Shown in pieces: positions 53,276-55,670 of a DNA stretch of 55,670 nucleotides. Source of the stretch: Vermamoeba vermiformis (Eukaryota); NCBI GenBank assembly GCA_045837725.1, contig JBEWZL010000216.1:434001-489670 (forward strand), given 5' to 3'. The position numbers were made by a program, and so were the translations under genes. The notes beneath the pieces are model-generated. The model searched no databases and was not told the origin of the DNA. It saw nothing but the letters and a program-made list of their open reading frames with translations. Every line of letters begins with the position of its first letter. Position 1 is the stretch's first letter.

Positions 53276-55366
53276 TCAATTCAAGATCTTTTGATCCGAC
53301 ATCTTAGCTAGTACGGTCACAAATCAAAGGGTATGTATTTTTAATATTATGCATCGGTATAATATAACAATATTACACCATTAATTTCAATATTCAAATT
53401 GGTGTTAAAGTTTAAAAAAATTAAATTTACGGATCGAGCTTACTGCTCAAGCGAAAATCAAAAGTTTGTTATATTTATTATTAATACATTATTTTAATCG
53501 TAAATTTACAGCCCATTAATCGAAAGGCACTGGCGCACTCGATCAATATTAATAAACGTTCAGCAAATGATTGAGTTAGAATACACGGTAAGTAGTTAAT
53601 ATTATAACATCAATTCGCCGATTTAACTCGGTTTATTTAGGTCTAGAAATCCATCGAGCACGAATCTCAAGCGCGATCTTCACGCGAATAGAATATCGCT
53701 TGGTAGTGTAAGTTTTTTATTTTACTGATACAAGCCGCTTAATATTAGTGTATTATTAGTATAGGCAGCGTCTAATCGAACTTACAGCGGAGAATAATTT
53801 AAACAAAAGTACTTCACGGATATCCGCGATCTCCCAGTATTGTGCGCGTTAAATATCATTTGTAGTAACGCTGTATGGAACGGCAAGTAACTAATTCAAT
53901 GGTAGATGGATCTTAATAACGCTTTATTTGTCAGATCCTATCAAAACCCTTCTATGGCGAGACTTTACGCGGAACGATCCAGCGAGATCGGATTCGAAAA
54001 AATTGAATGGGCTTGTTCAAAGGCGACTCAAGGTAAGCAAATATCGTTTAATATTAACCTTAATATAATATTTCATGCTAATTTTAATTACAGAACTTCG
54101 CTGATGCGATCACGGATCTGGCCGATCTGACCCGCGAGGAAATAACAGTCAGATCGCCAACAAACTCTCGCAGGTAAGCATATCATTATTGTATTGATGA
54201 ATACTAACGCTTTATATTATAATTAGAAATGAGTGAAGGGGTTATTTACGAGAACAGACAAGGATCAAGCACCACCGCTCGAAGACAAATTTTCAACTAG
54301 TTGCGCTTTGATCGGTGCGATACTTGTATTAAGATTAATATATTTATAATGACGTACTAACGTTATTATTAATATTAGTGGAGACGTGCTTGGATATTTA
54401 CATCGACGCGATCTCCATTAAAACGCGAGTTCGAAAACATTTTCCGTGAGCGCATCAATTGCACCAAAGTAAGTAGCATCACTATAAAATTCGTGTATGC
54501 ATTATAATAATATTAATTTATTTACAGAAAACATTGTAGTGTGGACTTAATGCATTAGTGACGCGCGATCTGGCAGCGTGAAAACTTTCAGGCGAACGCG
54601 AGACTAAGGTAAGTGTATCGGTACATTAGTAATGACGGATACTAACCCTTTCATTAGTGAGTGCTCACAGGCGTTGGTTATTTTTGGATGCGTAGCCACG
54701 AATCCAACGATCTGAACACCACAACCAAGTAAGTGCAATTAATTTAATTATAAATTATTATAGTTCAGTTGTTAAATTCATACTTTTGCTCATATTTTAT
54801 TAAGTGTTGGATTCGGATCGATATGTTCTTGTGCGGTAGCCCCGTAAGTACAATCATTTACGCCGAGACTATTACTAATGGATTATTAATAGGTAAAAAA
54901 CTGCTCGCGACAAAGATTCAATGACTCAAAGATGATACAAATCGCAAGGTTAGCGGATGTTCTCGCACGCATCCAGGTAAACACAATACAGCGCATCGAT
55001 TGCACTAAAAGTATGTAACTATCATTTAATATAATAATTATAACGTATTAATGTTTTTAGACTAAGCAGTTGCGTTTTTCAGATCGCGGAACGCAAGATC
55101 TGCCACGAGGAAATTTTGAGATATATTGCGATTGTAAGCAGTGTAAGTTATTATATATAATATAATATCTATTGGCTAATCACTATAAAATTCGTTTATG
55201 TACTATACTAAGATTATTTATATCAACAGAAAAATAGTCAGTGCGGACTTGGTAGAACTGTGCGGCGCAATATATAGTAGCTGGCAGCGGTGAAAACTTG
55301 CAGTCTAACTCGACTGGCTAAGGTAAGTGCATCGTTACATTAATCACGGATACTAACCCCTTCATT
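53137..55366 (+). ncRNA. Putative spliced non-coding unit 3 (leader + 14 introns, the last one truncated)
   Basis: Donors at 53331, 53588, 53708, 53883 (GC), 54033, 54174, 54315 (weak), 54469, 54609, 54729, 54844, 55011, 55143 and 55323. Several introns contain TACTAAC. No long spliced ORF. Confidence 0.55.
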
Positions 55367-55618
55367 TGTGTCGAGTGCTGCGACGATAATGTCCGTGAAC
55401 AAGAAGCAGTAGCGCATCTTGGCACGCACCTTGCTGGCATCGAAGGTGGCAAGGGAGCTCATGCCGTCAATCTCCAACAAGCGCCCTTGACGCACGTAAC
55501 GGCGATGCGGCACTGCAAAGTTGTAGTTGGGATCGAGACCCGACAGCTTGCCCCAGATGAGCAGCGTGTTGTTCAAGTTCTCGGCCTAGCGCTTCTTTTC
55601 ATTCACGTATTCAACCGT
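55367..55618 (-). pseudogene. Isolated RhoGEF (DH end + PH start) coding fragment with an in-frame stop
   Basis: VEYVNEKKR*AENLNNTLLIWGKL...PHRRYVRQGRL...MRYCFLFTDIIVAA is a typical DH-PH junction. It carries an internal TAG and has no splice site at either end. Confidence 0.7.
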
Positions 55619-55670
55619 AACAGGCATGGTTATTTTTGGAACCGGCCAGAGTTTAGTCGCGCAATTAATA

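Noticed and set aside
51259-55366. Micro-exon protein-coding gene or snoRNA host gene
   Set aside because: Exons carry stops in multiple frames, and the best spliced ORF I traced in unit 2 is only about 40 aa. Introns are short and AT-rich without paired C/D or H/ACA features. I did not enumerate every alternative splice combination.

Overview
Gene-dense eukaryotic DNA, inferred to come from a unicellular protist, possibly amoeboid. Introns are short GT-AG (a few GC-AG) with CTAAC/CTAAT branch points. Bases 1-45.3 kb hold about 17 spliced protein genes: Kelch-RING, DDX23/Prp28, an in-frame UBE2Q-like E2 + UFD1 + zinc-finger fusion, PQ-loop, BtpA-like, a type I membrane protein, ERCC6/CSB, an FAD oxidoreductase, SAP + 2OG-Fe(II) oxygenase, a Zn2Cys6 transcription factor, a secreted C39-like peptidase, pyruvate kinase, a PRISE-type SDR, an unknown protein of about 2,100 aa, P5C dehydrogenase, NIDO + GH81 and one small unknown. 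From 45.8 to 49.3 kb lies a degraded, CpG-depleted repeat zone with pseudogenes, a 20-bp minisatellite decaying at CpGs, and an array of two hairpin types. The most unusual part is 50.1-55.4 kb. It holds three tandem paralogous non-coding units, each opening with a conserved structured leader, followed by about 28 spliceosomal-looking introns in total. These introns separate 39-120 nt internal micro-exons with no long ORF, at about 140-bp periodicity, and nearly every exon carries a central GATC. The array ends at an antisense RhoGEF fragment. All gene models were assembled by eye and no database search was run.
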